64,000 nt of DNA, taken from Pecten maximus. Lineage: Eukaryota. The first letter of the stretch is position 1; each line of letters begins with the position of its first letter. The DNA lies in NCBI RefSeq assembly GCF_902652985.1, contig NC_047030.1, positions 29,078,001 through 29,142,000 on the forward strand, in the 5' to 3' direction. The notes below the pieces were generated by a model, which was not told where the DNA came from, did not search any database, and saw only the letters and a program-made list of their open reading frames with translations. Positions 12,501 through 27,500 of the stretch are shown here, one piece after another. Made by a program: the position numbers and the translations under genes.

Positions 12501-15500
12501 TAATAAATGGAGAGACAGAAAGTAACAGAGAAAGTAATAATTGGAGAGACAGACAGTAACGGAGAAAGTAATAAATGGAGAGACAGAAAGTAACGGAGAA
12601 AGTAATAAATGGAGAGACAGAAAGTAACAGAGATAGTAATAAATGGAGAGACAGACGGTAACGGAGAAAGTAATAAATGGAGAGACAGAAAGTAACGGAG
12701 AAAGTAATAAATGGAGAGATAGAAAGTAACAGAGATAGTAATAAATGGAGAGACAGAAAGTAACGGAGAAAGTAATAAATGGAGAGATAGAAAGTAACGG
12801 AGAAAGTAATAAATGGAGAGACAGAAAGTAACGGAGAAAGTAATAAATGGAGAGATAGAAAGTAACGGAGAAAGTAATAAATGGAGAGACAGAAAGTAAC
12901 GGAGAAAGTAATAAATGGAGAGACAGACAGTAACGGAGAAAGTAATAAATGGAGAGACAGACAGTAACGGAGAAAGTAATAAATGGAGAGACAGACAGTA
13001 ACGGAGATCGCAGATGATAAGTCACATTAAAGATTTTTTCTTACTATTTAATTATGAATGCAACTTTCAGGTGGAGTTTAATCGGATTGCCAACTACCTT
13101 GGTGACGGTTGGACACAGAGCATGGGCTGTCAGTCATGTGGACAAGATTTCATCATTCTGAGAGATGTAAAGGTAATGTCAACTACAGGGAAACTCTACT
13201 GTTTATAAATCACCGGTGATTCTCATTAAAGCTGACAATGTAAATCACTGGTGATTCTCATTAAAGCTGACAGTGTAAATCACAGGTGATTCTCATTAAA
13301 GCTGACAATGTAAATCACAGGTGATTCTCATTAAAGCTGACAGTGTAAATCACAGGTGATTCCCATTAAAGCTGAAGGTGTTAAATCACAGGTGATTGTC
13401 ATTAAAGCTGAAGGTGTTAAATCACAGGTGATTCTCATTAAAGCTGACAGTGTAAATCACAGGTGATTCCCATTAAAGCTGACAGTGTCAATCACAGGTG
13501 ATTGTCATTAAAGGTGACAGTGTCAATCACTGGTGATTGTCATTAAAGGTGACAATGTAAATCACAGGTGATTCTCATTAAAGCTTAAGGTGTTAAATCA
13601 CAGGTGATTCTCATTTAAGGTGACAGTGTCAATCACAGGTGATTCTCATTAAAGCTGACAATGTAAATCACAGGTGATTGTCATTAAAGGTGACAATGTA
13701 AATCACAGGTGATTCTCATTAAAGGTGACAGTGTAAATCACAGGTGATTCTCATTAAAACTGACAGTGTAAGTCGCAGGTGATTCTCATTAAAGGTGACA
13801 ATGTAAATCACAGGTGATTCTCATTAAAGGTGACAATGTAAATCAACACACATACAACACTTCTCTCTGTAGTGATGTGGAACACTTCTCTGTGTAGTGA
13901 TGTGGAACACTTCTCTGTGTAGTGATGTGGAACACCTCTGTGTAGTGATGTGGAACACCTCTGTGTGTAGTGATGTGGAACACCTCTGTGTGTAGTGATG
14001 TGGAACACCTCTGTGTGTAGTGATGTGGAACACCTCTGTGTGTAGTGATGTGGATCATCTCTGTGTGTAGTGATGTGGATCATCTCTGTGTGTAGTGATG
14101 TGGAACACCTCTGTGTGTAGTGATGTGGAACGTCTCTGTGTAGTGATGTGGAACACCTCTGTGTGTAGTGATGTGGAACACCTCTGTGTGCAGTGATGTG
14201 GAACACCTGTGTAGTGATGTGGAACACCTCTGTGTGTAGTGATGTGGAACACCTCTCTGTGTAGTGATGTGGAACACCTCTGTGTAGTGATGTAGAACAC
14301 CTCTGTGTGTAGTGATGTAGAACACCTCTGTGTGTAGTGATGTAGAATGCCTCTGTATAGTGATGTGGAACGCCTCTGTGTGTAGTGATGTGGAACGCCT
14401 CTGTGTAGTGATGTGGAACACCTCTGTGTGTAGTGATATGGAACACCTCTATGTGTAGTGATGTGGAACGCCTCTGTGTGTAGTGATGTGGAACGCCTCT
14501 GTGTGAAGTGATGTGGAACACCTCTGTGTAGTGATTTGGAACACCGCTGTGTGCAGTGATGTGGAACACCTCTGTGTGTAGTGATGTGGAACACCTCTGT
14601 GTGTAGTGATGTGGAACACCTCTGTGTGCAGTGATGTGGAACACCCCTGTGTGTAGTGATGTGGAACACCTCTGTGTGCAGTGATGTGGAACACCTCTGT
14701 GTGAAGTGATGTGGAACACCTCTGTGTGTAGTGATGTGGAACACCTCTGTGTGTAGTGATGTGGAACACCTCTGTCGGCAGTGATGTGGAACACCTCTGT
14801 GTGTAGTGATGTGGAACACCTCTGTGTGCAGTGATGTGGAACACCTCTGTGTGTAGTGATGTGGAACACCTCTGTGTGTAGTGATGTGGAACACCTCTGT
14901 GTGTAGTGATGTGGAACACCTCTGTGTGTAGTGATGTGGAACACCTCTGTGTGTAGTGATGTGGAACACCTCTGTGTGTAGTGATGTGGAACACCTCTGT
15001 TTGCAGTGATGTGGAACACCTCTGTGTAGTTCTTAATTATTAATAGTTTTTTATTTTATTTTCCTGTAATGATTTGAATTCCCTCTATTGTTTTGTACAG
15101 CCTGACGATTTCCCCACAGTACTGATTGCTCTGATGATAGAACAGCCCACACCATTCCTCAATGAGTTCCTGGGACATATACGAGACCAAATCTACCCAA
15201 AACAAAAAATTGACCTTTTTGTTCATAACAAGGTTAGTTGGTTTATATTCTCATCAGTTCAGTTTTTATCAATGGATTGTATACAGGCATTGGGAAGTAA
15301 TCAAATTAACTAATAAAATATTTTATTTGAAATCAATATGCATTGCTGTATTAAAGATTTACAAAAAAAAATATGATCAAAAATAATAACATAAAAAAAT
15401 CCTTTACATTATTTGTTTTGATCAGATGGACATGTTGTTTTTTTATTGATATTATTCATTATTATCTCCATTTTATAAAAGGAATGAAAAGCTAATTCAG

Positions 15501-18500
15501 ATCTCCTTTAAAATTTAAGATACCATCTCTCATTAAATAGAGACCACTCTCCTTTAAGAGACTGTTTTTCAACTTCCCTCAAGTTTTCTCTTATTATAGA
15601 TTTGACTCTATCTGCTTTTGATAACTTAAAACACATAAAATTTAATATGAAAGTATCAGACCCATTGTAATCTTGAATACAACATGACCTTGACCTTGAC
15701 CTTGCCTACTTCTAGGTGAAGCTCCATGATAAGACCGTGTCAGACTTTCTGGAGAATGTCAAAGATGAGTACCACTCCATAAACCACTTACGGGCAGACG
15801 ATCAGGTGACAGAGGTCCAGGCCCGCAACTGGGCGCTGTAAGTACTCCAGTAGTAACATGGCAGATATTGTCCACTACACAGTGATATTGTCCACTACAC
15901 AGTGAGTATTGTCCACTACACAGTGAATATTGCCCACTACACAGTGATATTGTCCACTACACAGTGAATATTGTCCACTACATGGTGAATATTGTCCACT
16001 ACACAGTGAATATTATCCACTACACAGTGGATATTGTCCACTACACTACACAGTGATATTGTCCACTACACTACACAGTGGATATTGTCCACTACACAGT
16101 GAATATTGTCCACTACACAGTGAATATTGTCCACTACACAGTGAATATTGCCCACTACACAGTGAATATTGTCCACTACACAGTGAATATTGTCCACTAC
16201 ACAGTGAATATTGTCCACTTCACAGTGAATATGTCCACTACACAGTGAATATTGTCCACTACACAGTGAATATTGTCCAGTACACAGTGAATATCGTCCA
16301 ATACACAGTGAATACTGTCCACTACATGATGGATTTTGTCCACTACACAGTGAATATTGTCCACTACACAGTGAATATTGTCCACTACACACTGAATATT
16401 GTCCACTACACAGTGGATATTGTCCATTACACAGTGAATATTGTCCACTACACAGTGGATATTGTCCATTACACAATGAGTATTGTCCACTACACAGTGA
16501 ATATTGCCCACTACATGGTGAATATTGTCCACTACACAGAGGATATTGTCCACTACATGGTGAATATTGTCCACTACACAGTGGATATTGTCCATTACAC
16601 AATGAGTATTGTCCACTACACAGTGAATATTGCCCACTACACAGTGGATATTGTCCACTACACAGAGGATATTGTCCACTACATGGTGAATATTGTCCAC
16701 TACATGGTGAATATTGTCCACTACACAGTGATATTGTCCATTACACAGTGAATATTGTCCACTACACAGTGATATTGTCCACTACATGGTGAATATTGTC
16801 CACTACACAGTGATATTGTCCATTACACAGTGAATATCGTCCAATACACAGTGAATATTGTCCACTACATGATGGATTTTGTCCACTACACAGTGAATAT
16901 TGTCCACTACACTACACAGTGAATATTGTCCACTACACAGTGAATATTGTCCATTACACAGTGAATATTGTCCACTACACAGTGAATATTGTCCACTACA
17001 CAGTGAATATTGTCCAGTACACAGTGAATATCGTCCAATACACAGTGAATATTGTCCACTACATGATGGATTTTGTCCACTACACAGTGAATATTGTCCA
17101 CTACACAGTGAATATTGTCCACTACACAGTGAGTATTGTCCACTACACAGTGAATATTGTCCACTACATTACACACTGAATATTGTCCACTACACATTGG
17201 ATATTGTCCATTACACAATGAGTATTGTCCATTACACAGTGAATATTGTCCACTACACAGTGAATATTGTCCACTACATGGTGAATATTGTTCACTACAC
17301 AGTGAGTATTGTCCACTACACAGTGAATATTGCCCACTACACAGTGAATATTGTCCACTACATGGTGAATATTGTTCACTACACAGTGAATATTGTCCAC
17401 TACACAGTGAATATTGTCCACTACACAGTGAATATTGTCCACTACACAGTGGATATTGTCCATTACACAATGAGTATTGTCCATTACACAGTGAATATTG
17501 TCCACTACACAGTGAATATTGCCCACTACACAGTGAATATTGTCCACTACATGTTGAATATTGTCCACTACACTGAGTATTGTCCACTACACAGTGAATA
17601 TTGTCCACTACACTACAAAGTGAATATTGTCCACTACACAGTGAATATTGTCCACTACACTACACAGTGAATATTGTCCACTACACAGTGAATATTGTCC
17701 ACTACACAGTGAATATTGTCTATTACACAGTGAATATTGTCCACTACATGGTGAATATTGTCCACTACACAGTGAGTATTGTCCACTACACAGTGAATAT
17801 TGTCCATTAAACAGTGAATATTGTCTATTACACAGTGAATATTGTTCACTACACATTGAATATTGTCCACTACACACTGAATATTGTCCCTCACACAGAG
17901 GATATTGTCCACTACACAGTGAATATTGTCCTTTACACAGTGGATATTCTCAATTGTATGATGGTTATTGTTTTTGTTTACAGCGAGGAGTGTGCCAAGA
18001 GAAAGTGTCAGTACTTCTTCAATGTTGATTCCACTTCCCAGCTTCGTCACCATGGGGGATTACACATTCTTATCGAGACCAACAGGTATAGCGATTTTGC
18101 TATTCATTGTAGTTTGACCACCCAGTAGACCACATCAGAACCATATGATATAATACAAAGCAGAAGAAAATTCCACCTATGTATGTCATAACATTAAGTA
18201 TTGAAGCTTATTGACCAATACTTTTACCTGCTATGACTCCATTACAATGTAATGAGTGTAGCTACTTATAATATGACAAGAGTTATCTCCCTTCCCTTAT
18301 ATAAGTAGTCGTTATCCTCCTTTCTAACTTGCATTCCTATGCACTGTTAGGGCCTACAATATCATAAACATGTATGCTGTGTTAGGGCCTACAATATCAT
18401 AAACATGTATGCTCTGTTAGGGCCTACAATATCATAAACATGTATGCTGTGTTAGGGCCTACAATATCATAAACATGTATGCTCTGTTAGGGCCTACAAT

Positions 18501-21500
18501 ATCATAAACATGTATGCTGTGTTAGGGCCTACAATATCATAAACATGTATGCTCTGTTAGGGCCTACAATATCACATACATGTATGCTCTGTTAGGGCCT
18601 ACAACCTATTTACACTGTTCTTACAGGACTGTACTAGCACCGATGCTGACACGGCCGTACAAACTCTGGTCTAACTGGTGGGGTAATCTCAATAAGAATG
18701 GATTCTACGCCCGTTCAGATGATTACATGGACATTGTACAGAATACCAAAATGTAAGCCGGACAATTGTTAATTATGGATAATTCTAGCTGAACAATTGT
18801 TAATTATGGATAATTCTAGCTGAACAATTGTTAATTATGGATAATTTTTGGATGAAAATATGACAACAAAACATTCCTTCTGCAAATAACTCAATGTAAA
18901 AATTATTTGTTTCCAGGTACCAGAAATAAAAACAAAATCATAAATTTAAACTTGGTAACCACATTATTTCAAAAATGAATAACCTTTTACACAATGTTAC
19001 GGTGAGTTTAAAAGAATAGACAAAGTTTACCGGTATGAATGACGACAGCAGTAAACAAAATAGTGTGAAGAGAAAATAATTCAATCAATGTTTTATATTT
19101 ACTTTGAAATGTTACTTGTTAGCTTTGTGTCTGGTAATCTTACTCAAGTCTGATCAGCAACATTGATAATTACACACATTTGGTCACGTTAGCTTCATCT
19201 AGAGACAATGTCTAAATATTGAACTCTTAATGACATTCATTTCCAGGGGTTTATGGAATGTTCCATTTATCACTGGGACATACCTTGTCCACGGATCATT
19301 GGTACCATCCTTACTCGGGGCCTACACCCACCCTGACCTTGACCCCGATATGGCATTTTGTAAAGTCATTCGTGAAAAGGTGAGAATTTACCCTGCTGTT
19401 GATCACTTCTCATAACTGAGTGACACAAACCAATAAATGTTGAATTTTAATGAGCTTTGTCAATTAATTGGTTAATTCCTGATTCATTTTATGTCAATTC
19501 ATTAATTAATTCTTGATTCATTTTTTTTTTATTTCAGGAAACATTCATGTTCGTATCAAACATGTTTATGTACGGACACCAGACCGATCCAGATAATTAC
19601 GAGACAACTCACAAACATAACGACCTGTTTGAAATTTTCAACAACCCCTGGGTATGTTTATTTCTTTGATCACCTTTCTACATGCTGTAGTAAGACATAT
19701 TATGTATATTTATTTACAAAGTTATGAGTTCATGCTGTAGTAAGACCTATTATCTATATTTATTTACAAAGTTTTGAGTTCATGCTGTAGTAAGACCTAT
19801 TAGCTATATTTATTTACAAAGTTATGAGTTCATGCTGTAGTAAGACCTATTATCTATATTTATTTACAAAGTTATGAGTTCATGCTGTAGTAAGACCTAT
19901 TATCTATATTTATTTACAAAGTTATGAGTTCATGCTGTAGTAAGACCTATTATCTATATTTATTTACAAAGTTATGAGTTCATGGTGTCCTATGATAGAG
20001 ACGTCTGACGTTTGTTTCAGGACTGGGAGCTGAAGTATATCAATGAAAACTATTCCATCAGTCTAGACCCTAACTACACACTTCCCGAGGTGAGTAATAT
20101 TCTCCAATAGGTTCCTGTTCGAACAGAATTCAAATAAAATTTTATTGGTCTCAAAAAATTGACATCTTAAAATATCTGGATTATTAAGTATTACACACAG
20201 GTATGGGAGATAACTCTATACTACACACAGGTATGGGAGATAACTCTATACTGACACACAGGTATGGGAGATAACTCTATACTACACACAGGTATGGGAG
20301 ATAACTATACTACACACAGATATGGGAGATAACTCTATACTACACACAGGTATGGGAGATAACTCTATACTACACACAGGTAAGGGAGATAGCTCTATAC
20401 TACACACAGGTATGGGAGATAACTCTATACTACACACGGGTATGGGAGATAACTCTATACTACATACAGGTATGGGAGATAACTCTATACTACACACAGG
20501 TATGGGAGATAACTCTATACTACACACAGGTATGGGAGATAACTCTATACTACACACAGGTATGGGAGATAGCTCTATACTTCACACAGATATGGGAGAT
20601 AACTCTATACTACACACAGATATGGGAGATAACTCTGTACTAATCTGACTGTAACTTCCTGTAGCCCTGTCCTGATGTGTTCTGGTTCCCGATTGTCACT
20701 GATGACTTCTGTGATCAACTCATTTCGGAGATGGAGAATCATGGTGGTTGGTCCGGTGGCCGTAACAGTCACAAGGTCAGTATCAATGGTTAATAGGTCA
20801 ATCAGACCACATTTAATTATTGCCTGTAGATTATTCAGATGGCCTAGCAAAGTATTTTACTACAGACAGTATATAAATTGGCTCCATTCAATGGCTGGCT
20901 GTCAGACACTTTATGACAGGATAAAAACAATATGTTTATGATATTAAAGTTATCACCAGGAAATAAGGGTAATTATCAGCTTGTTTGGAGAGGCTTTAGA
21001 AAAAGTTTCATCATGCGCAACAGTCGATTATGATATAGAATACACATAGCCATTCTATGAGAATCAAATTGTAAATTAATGCTAAATAGGTTTGGGTGAG
21101 GAGTAACCGTCTGTCTATTGAAGCCCGTCATTTTGAGATAGTAATGGTACAACAGATTTCACCACAGATGTGAATGTAGATAATTATGTTATTGTGATGT
21201 TCTCGACTCATGACACTACACAGAATGTAATTTAGTCCCCTTCCGGTGAAACCTAGGAGTTGTATAGTTTTCCTCTCCGTCTCTATGTAAATAGATAGCA
21301 CCAAAGTTGTGGGCGCTCTAGCGGCCTAATTCCTTGAGGAATTTTTATCAAACTTCACACAATTACCAAGGACCATAATATCTTGAGTTTCAATTTTAGG
21401 ATTGTTGTGTCAAAATCACCTTACTATTTTTAGAAAATCCTTCTCGGCTTCAGACGCTTGTAAAGGACCATAACAGCTAGCGGGAGGGCGGTAGGGGACA

Positions 21501-24500
21501 TGTAAAGGACAATACTCAGTATGCTTGTTATACAGTGTACTTGATCTTGTGTTACAGGATGACAGACTGGCTACTGGCTATGAGAATGTACCAACGGTTG
21601 ACATCCATATGAATCAGATCGGGTTTGAGAGACACTGGCTGCATTTCCTAAAGATCTACGTGTCAAAGTTACAACAGCGCGCATACGAGGGCTATTTTCA
21701 TGATGTAAGTTTCATGTGTTGTATCGGTTCAGGGCTTGATTTTTTGAAGGGGCACTGGAAAAAATTGAAAAGAATATGTGTTTTCACGTTTTCATCTCTT
21801 TTCTTTGTATGGATTAAAATTATCATCAATGAAAAACTTCCTTAACTTATTCTAATTTCTGTTTTTAGTTTGTATAGAAGACAGGGGAGCTCCCTATACC
21901 TACCAGAGTTTTATATTTCCTACGTTAGAAGACAGGGGAGTTCCCAATACCTACCAGAGTTTTATATTTCCTACGTTAGAAGACAGGGGAGCTCCCTATA
22001 CCTACCAGTTTTATATTTCCTACGTTAGAAGACAGGGGAGTTCCCAATACCTACCAGTTTTATATTTCCTATGTTAGAAGACAGGGGAGCTCCCTATACC
22101 TACCAGTTTTATATTTCCTATGTTAGAAGACAGGGGAGCTCCCTATACCTACCAGAGTTTTATATTTCCTATGTTAGAAGACAGGGGAGCTCCCAATACC
22201 TACCAGTTTTATATTTCCTACGTTAGAAGACAGGGGAGTTTCCAATACCTACCAGTTTTATGTTTCCTACGTTAGAAGGCAGGGGAGTTCCCAATACCTA
22301 CCAGTTTTATGTTTCCTACGTTAGAAGACAGGGGAGTTCCCAATACCTACCAGTTTTATGTTTCAGTTTTATGTTTCCTACGTTAGAAGACGGGGGAGTT
22401 CCCTATACCTACCAGTTTTATATTTGCTACGTTAGAAGACAGGGGAGTTCCCAATACCTACCAGTTTTATGTTTCCTACGTTAGAAGACAGGGGAGTTCC
22501 CAATACCTACCAGTTTTATGTTTCCTACGTTAGAAGACAGGGGAGCTCCCAATACCTACCAGTTTTATATTTCCTACGTTAGAAGGCGGGAGTTCCCAAT
22601 ACATACCAGAGTTTTATATTTCCTACGTTAGAAGACAGGGGAGCTCCCAATACCTACCAGTTTGATATTTCCTACGTTAGAAGACAGGGGAGCTCCCTAT
22701 ACCTACCAGTTTGATATTTCCTACGTTAGAAGACAGGGGAGTTCCCAATACCTACCAGTTTTATATTTCCTACGTTAGAAGACAGGGGAGTTCCCAATAC
22801 CTACCAGTTTTATGTTTCCTACGTTAGAAGGCAGGGGAGTTCCCAATACCTACCAGTTTTATATTTCCTACGTTAGAAGACAGGGGAGCTCCCTATACCT
22901 ACCAGTTTTATATTTCCTACGTTAGAAGGCAGGGGAGCTCCCTATACCTACCAGAGTTTTATGTTTCCTACGTTAGAAGACAGGGGAGTTCCCAATACCT
23001 ACCAGTTTTATATTTCCTACGTTAGAAGACAGGGGAGTTCCCTATACCTACCAGTTTTATATTTCCTACGTTAGAAGACAGGGGAGTTCCCTATACCTAC
23101 CAGTTTTATATTTCCTACGTTTGAAGACAGGGGACTTCCCTATACCTACCAGTTTTATATTTCCTACGTTTGAAGACAGGGGACTTCCCTATACCTACCA
23201 GTTTTATATTTCCTACGTTAGAAGACAGGGGACTTCCCTATACCTACCAGTTTTATATTTCCTACGTTAGAAGACAGGGGAGCTCCCTATACCTACCAGT
23301 TTTATATTTCCTACGTTAGAAGACAGGGGAGCTCCCTATACCTACCAGTTTTATGTTTCCTACGTTAGAAGACAGGGGAGTTCCCAATACCTACCAGAGT
23401 TTTATATTTCCTACGTTAGAAGGCGGGAGTTCCCAATACCTACCAGTTTTATGTTTCCTACGTTAGAAGACAGGGGAGTTCCCAATACCTACCAGTTTTA
23501 TGTTTCCTACGTTAGAAGACGGGGGAGCTCCCTATACCTACCAGTTTTATATTTCCTACGTTAGAAGGCGGGAGTTCCCAATACCTACCAGAGTTTTATG
23601 TTTCCTACGTTAGAAGACAGGGGAGTTCCCAATACCTACCAGAGTTTTATATTTCCTACGTTAGAAGACAGGGGAGCTCCCAATACCTACCAGAGTTTTA
23701 TGTTTCCTACGTTAGAAGGCAGGGGAGCTCCCTATACCTACCAGAGTTTTATATTTCCTACGTTAGAAGACGGGGGAGTTCCCAATACCTACCAGAGTTT
23801 TATATTTCCTACGTTAGAAGACAGGGGAGCTCCCTATACCTACCAGAGTTTTATGTTTCCTACGTTAGAAGACGGGGGAGTTCCCTATACCTACCAGTTT
23901 TATATTTCCTATGTTAGAAGACAGGGGAGTTCCCAATACCTACCAGAGTTTTATATTTCCTACGTTAGAAGACAGGGGAGTTCCCTATACCTACCAGTTT
24001 TATATTTCCTATGTTAGAAGACAGGGGAGTTCCCAATACCTACCAGAGTTTTATATTTCCTACGTTAGAAGACAGGGGAGTTCCCAATACCTACCAGTTT
24101 TATGTTTCCTACGTTAGAAGACAGGGGAGTTCCCAATACCTACCAGTTTTATATTTCCTACGTTAGAAGGCAGGGGAGTTCCCAATACCTACCAGTTTTA
24201 TATTTCCTATGTTAGAAGACAGGGGAGCTCCCTATACCTACCAGTTTTATGTTTCCTACGTTAGAAGACAGGGGAGTTCCCAATACCTACCAGTTTTATA
24301 TTTCCTACGTTAGAAGACAGGGGAGCTCCCAATACCTACCAGTTTTATATTTCCTACGTTAGAAGACGGGGGAGTTCCCAATACCTACCAGAGTTTTATA
24401 TTTCCTACGTTAGAAGACAGGGGAGTTCCCAATACCTACCAGTTTTATGTTTCCTACGTTAGAAGACAGGGGAGTTCCCAATACCTACCAGTTTTATGTT

Positions 24501-27500
24501 TCCTATGTTAGAAGACAGGGGAGTTCCCAATACCTACCAGTTTTATGTTTCCTACGTTAGAAGACAGGGGAGTTCCCAATACCTACCAGTTTTATATTTC
24601 CTACATTAGAAGACAGGGGAGCTCCCTATACCTACCAGAGTTTTATGTTTCCTACGTTAGAAGACGGGGGAGTTCCCAATACCTACCAGAGTTTTATATT
24701 TCCTACGTTAGAAGACAGGGGACTTCCCTATACCTACCAGTTTTATATTTCCTGCGTTAGAAGACAGGGGAGTTCCCAATACCTACCAGTTTTATATTTC
24801 CTGCGTTAGAAGACAGGGGAGTTCCCAATACCTACCAGTTTTATATTTCCTGCGTTAGAAGACGGGGGAGCTCCCAATACCTTCCAGTTTTATATTTCCT
24901 ATGTTAGAAGACAGGGGAGCTCCCTATACCTACCAGTTTTATATTTCCTACGTTAGAAGACAGGGGAGCTCCCAATACCTACCAGAGTTTTATATTTCCT
25001 ACGTTAGAAGACAGGGGAGCTCCCTATACCTACCAGTTTTATATTTCCTACGTTAGAAGACAGGGGAGCTCCCTATACCTACCAGTTTTATATTTCCTAC
25101 GTTAGAAGACAGGGGAGTTCCCAATACCTACCAGAGTTTTATATTTCCTACGTTAGAAGACAGGGGAGCTCCCAATACCTACCAGAGTTTTATGTTTCCT
25201 ACGTTAGAAGGCAGGGGAGCTCCCTATACCTACCAGAGTATTATATTTCCTACGTTAGAAGATGGGGGAGTTCCCAATACCTACCAGAGTTTTATATTTC
25301 CTACGTTAGAAGACAGGGGAGCTCCCTATACCTACCAGAGTTTTATGTTTCCTACGTTAGAAGACGGGGGAGTTCCCTATACCTACCAGTTTTATATTTC
25401 CTATGTTAGAAGACAGGGGAGTTCCCAATACCTACCAGAGTTTTATATTTCCTACGTTAGAAGACAGGGGAGTTCCCTATACCTACCAGTTTTATATTTC
25501 CTATGTTAGAAGACAGGGGAGTTCCCAATACCTACCAGAGTTTTATGTTTCCTACGTTAGAAGACAGGGGAGTTCCCAATACCTACCAGTTTTATATTTC
25601 CTACGTTAGAAGACAGGGGAGTTCCCAATACCTACCAGTTTTATATTTCCTACGTTAGAAGACAGGGGAGCTCCCAATACCTACCAGTTTTATATTTCCT
25701 ACGTTAGAAGACGGGGGAGTTCCCAATACCTACCAGAGTTTTATATTTCCTACGTTAGAAGACAGGGGAGTTCCCAATACCTACCAGTTTTATGTTTCCT
25801 ACGTTAGAAGACAGGGGAGTTCCCAATACCTACCAGTTTTATGTTTCCTATGTTAGAAGACAGGGGAGTTCCCAATACCTACCAGTTTTATGTTTCCTAC
25901 GTTAGAAGACAGGGGAGTTCCCAATACCTACCAGTTTTATATTTCCTACGTTAGAAGACAGGGGAGCTCCCTATACCTACCAGAGTTTTATGTTTCCTAC
26001 GTTAGAAGACGGGGGAGTTCCCAATACCTACCAGAGTTTTATATTTCCTACGTTAGAAGACAGGGGACTTCCCTATACCTACCAGTTTTATATTTCCTAC
26101 GTTAGAAGACGGGGGAGTTCCCTATACCTACCAGTTTTATATTTCCTATGTTAGAAGACAGGGGAGTTCCCAATACCTACCAGAGTTTTATATTTCCTAC
26201 GTTAGAAGACAGGGGAGTTCCCTATACCTACCAGTTTTATATTTCCTATGTTAGAAGACAGGGGAGTTCCCAATACCTACCAGAGTTTTATATTTCCTAC
26301 GTTAGAAGACAGGGGAGTTCCCAATACCTACCAGTTTTATGTTTCCTACGTTAGAAGACAGGGGAGTTCCCAATACCTACCAGAGTTTTATATTTCCTAC
26401 GTTAGAAGACAGGGGAGTTCCCAATACCTACCAGTTTTATGTTTCCTACGTTAGAAGACAGGGGAGTTCCCAATACCTACCAGTTTTATGTTTCCTACGT
26501 TAGAAGACAGGGGAGTTCCCAATACCTACCAGTTTTATATTTCCTACGTTAGAAGGCAGGGGAGTTCCCAATACCTACCAGTTTTATATTTCCTATGTTA
26601 GAAGACAGGGGAGCTCCCTATACCTACCAGTTTTATGTTTCCTACGTTAGAAGACAGGGGAGTTCCCAATACCTACCAGTTTTATATTTCCTACGTTAGA
26701 AGACAGGGGAGCTCCCAATACCTACCAGTTTTATATTTCCTACGTTAGAAGACGGGGGAGTTCCCAATACCTACCAGAGTTTTATATTTCCTACGTTAGA
26801 AGACAGGGGAGTTCCCAATACCTACCAGTTTTATGTTTCCTACGTTAGAAGACAGGGGAGTTCCCAATACCTACCAGTTTTATGTTTCCTATGTTAGAAG
26901 ACAGGGGAGTTCCCAATACCTACCAGTTTTATGTTTCCTACGTTAGAAGACAGGGGAGTTCCCAATACCTACCAGTTTTATATTTCCTACGTTAGAAGAC
27001 AGGGGAGCTCCCTATACCTACCAGAGTTTTATGTTTCCTACGTTAGAAGACGGGGGAGTTCCCAATACCTACCAGAGTTTTATATTTCCTACGTTAGAAG
27101 ACAGGGGACTTCCCTATACCTACCAGTTTTATATTTCCTGCGTTAGAAGACAGGGGAGTTCCCAATACCTACCAGTTTTATATTTCCTGCGTTAGAAGAC
27201 GGGGGAGCTCCCAATACCTTCCAGTTTTATATTTCCTATGTTAGAAGACAGGGGAGCTCCCTATACCTACCAGTTTTATATTTCCTACGTTAGAAGACAG
27301 GGGAGCTCCCAATACCTACCAGAGTTTTATATTTCCTACGTTAGAAGACAGGGGAGCTCCCTATACCTACCAGTTTTATATTTCCTACGTTAGAAGACAG
27401 GGGAGCTCCCTATACCTACCAGTTTTATATTTCCTACGTTAGAAGACAGGGGAGTTCCCAATACCTACCAGAGTTTTATATTTCCTACGTTAGAAGACAG

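Noticed and set aside
15686-15704. TGACCT x3 as a nuclear-receptor response element
   Set aside because: tgacct(t) runs are scattered across the window in TE-derived sequence; nothing else supports function here.
11739-17877. Long ORFs of 170-430 aa on both strands
   Set aside because: All are frames through 34-, 25- and 21-bp intronic repeats, open in several overlapping frames.
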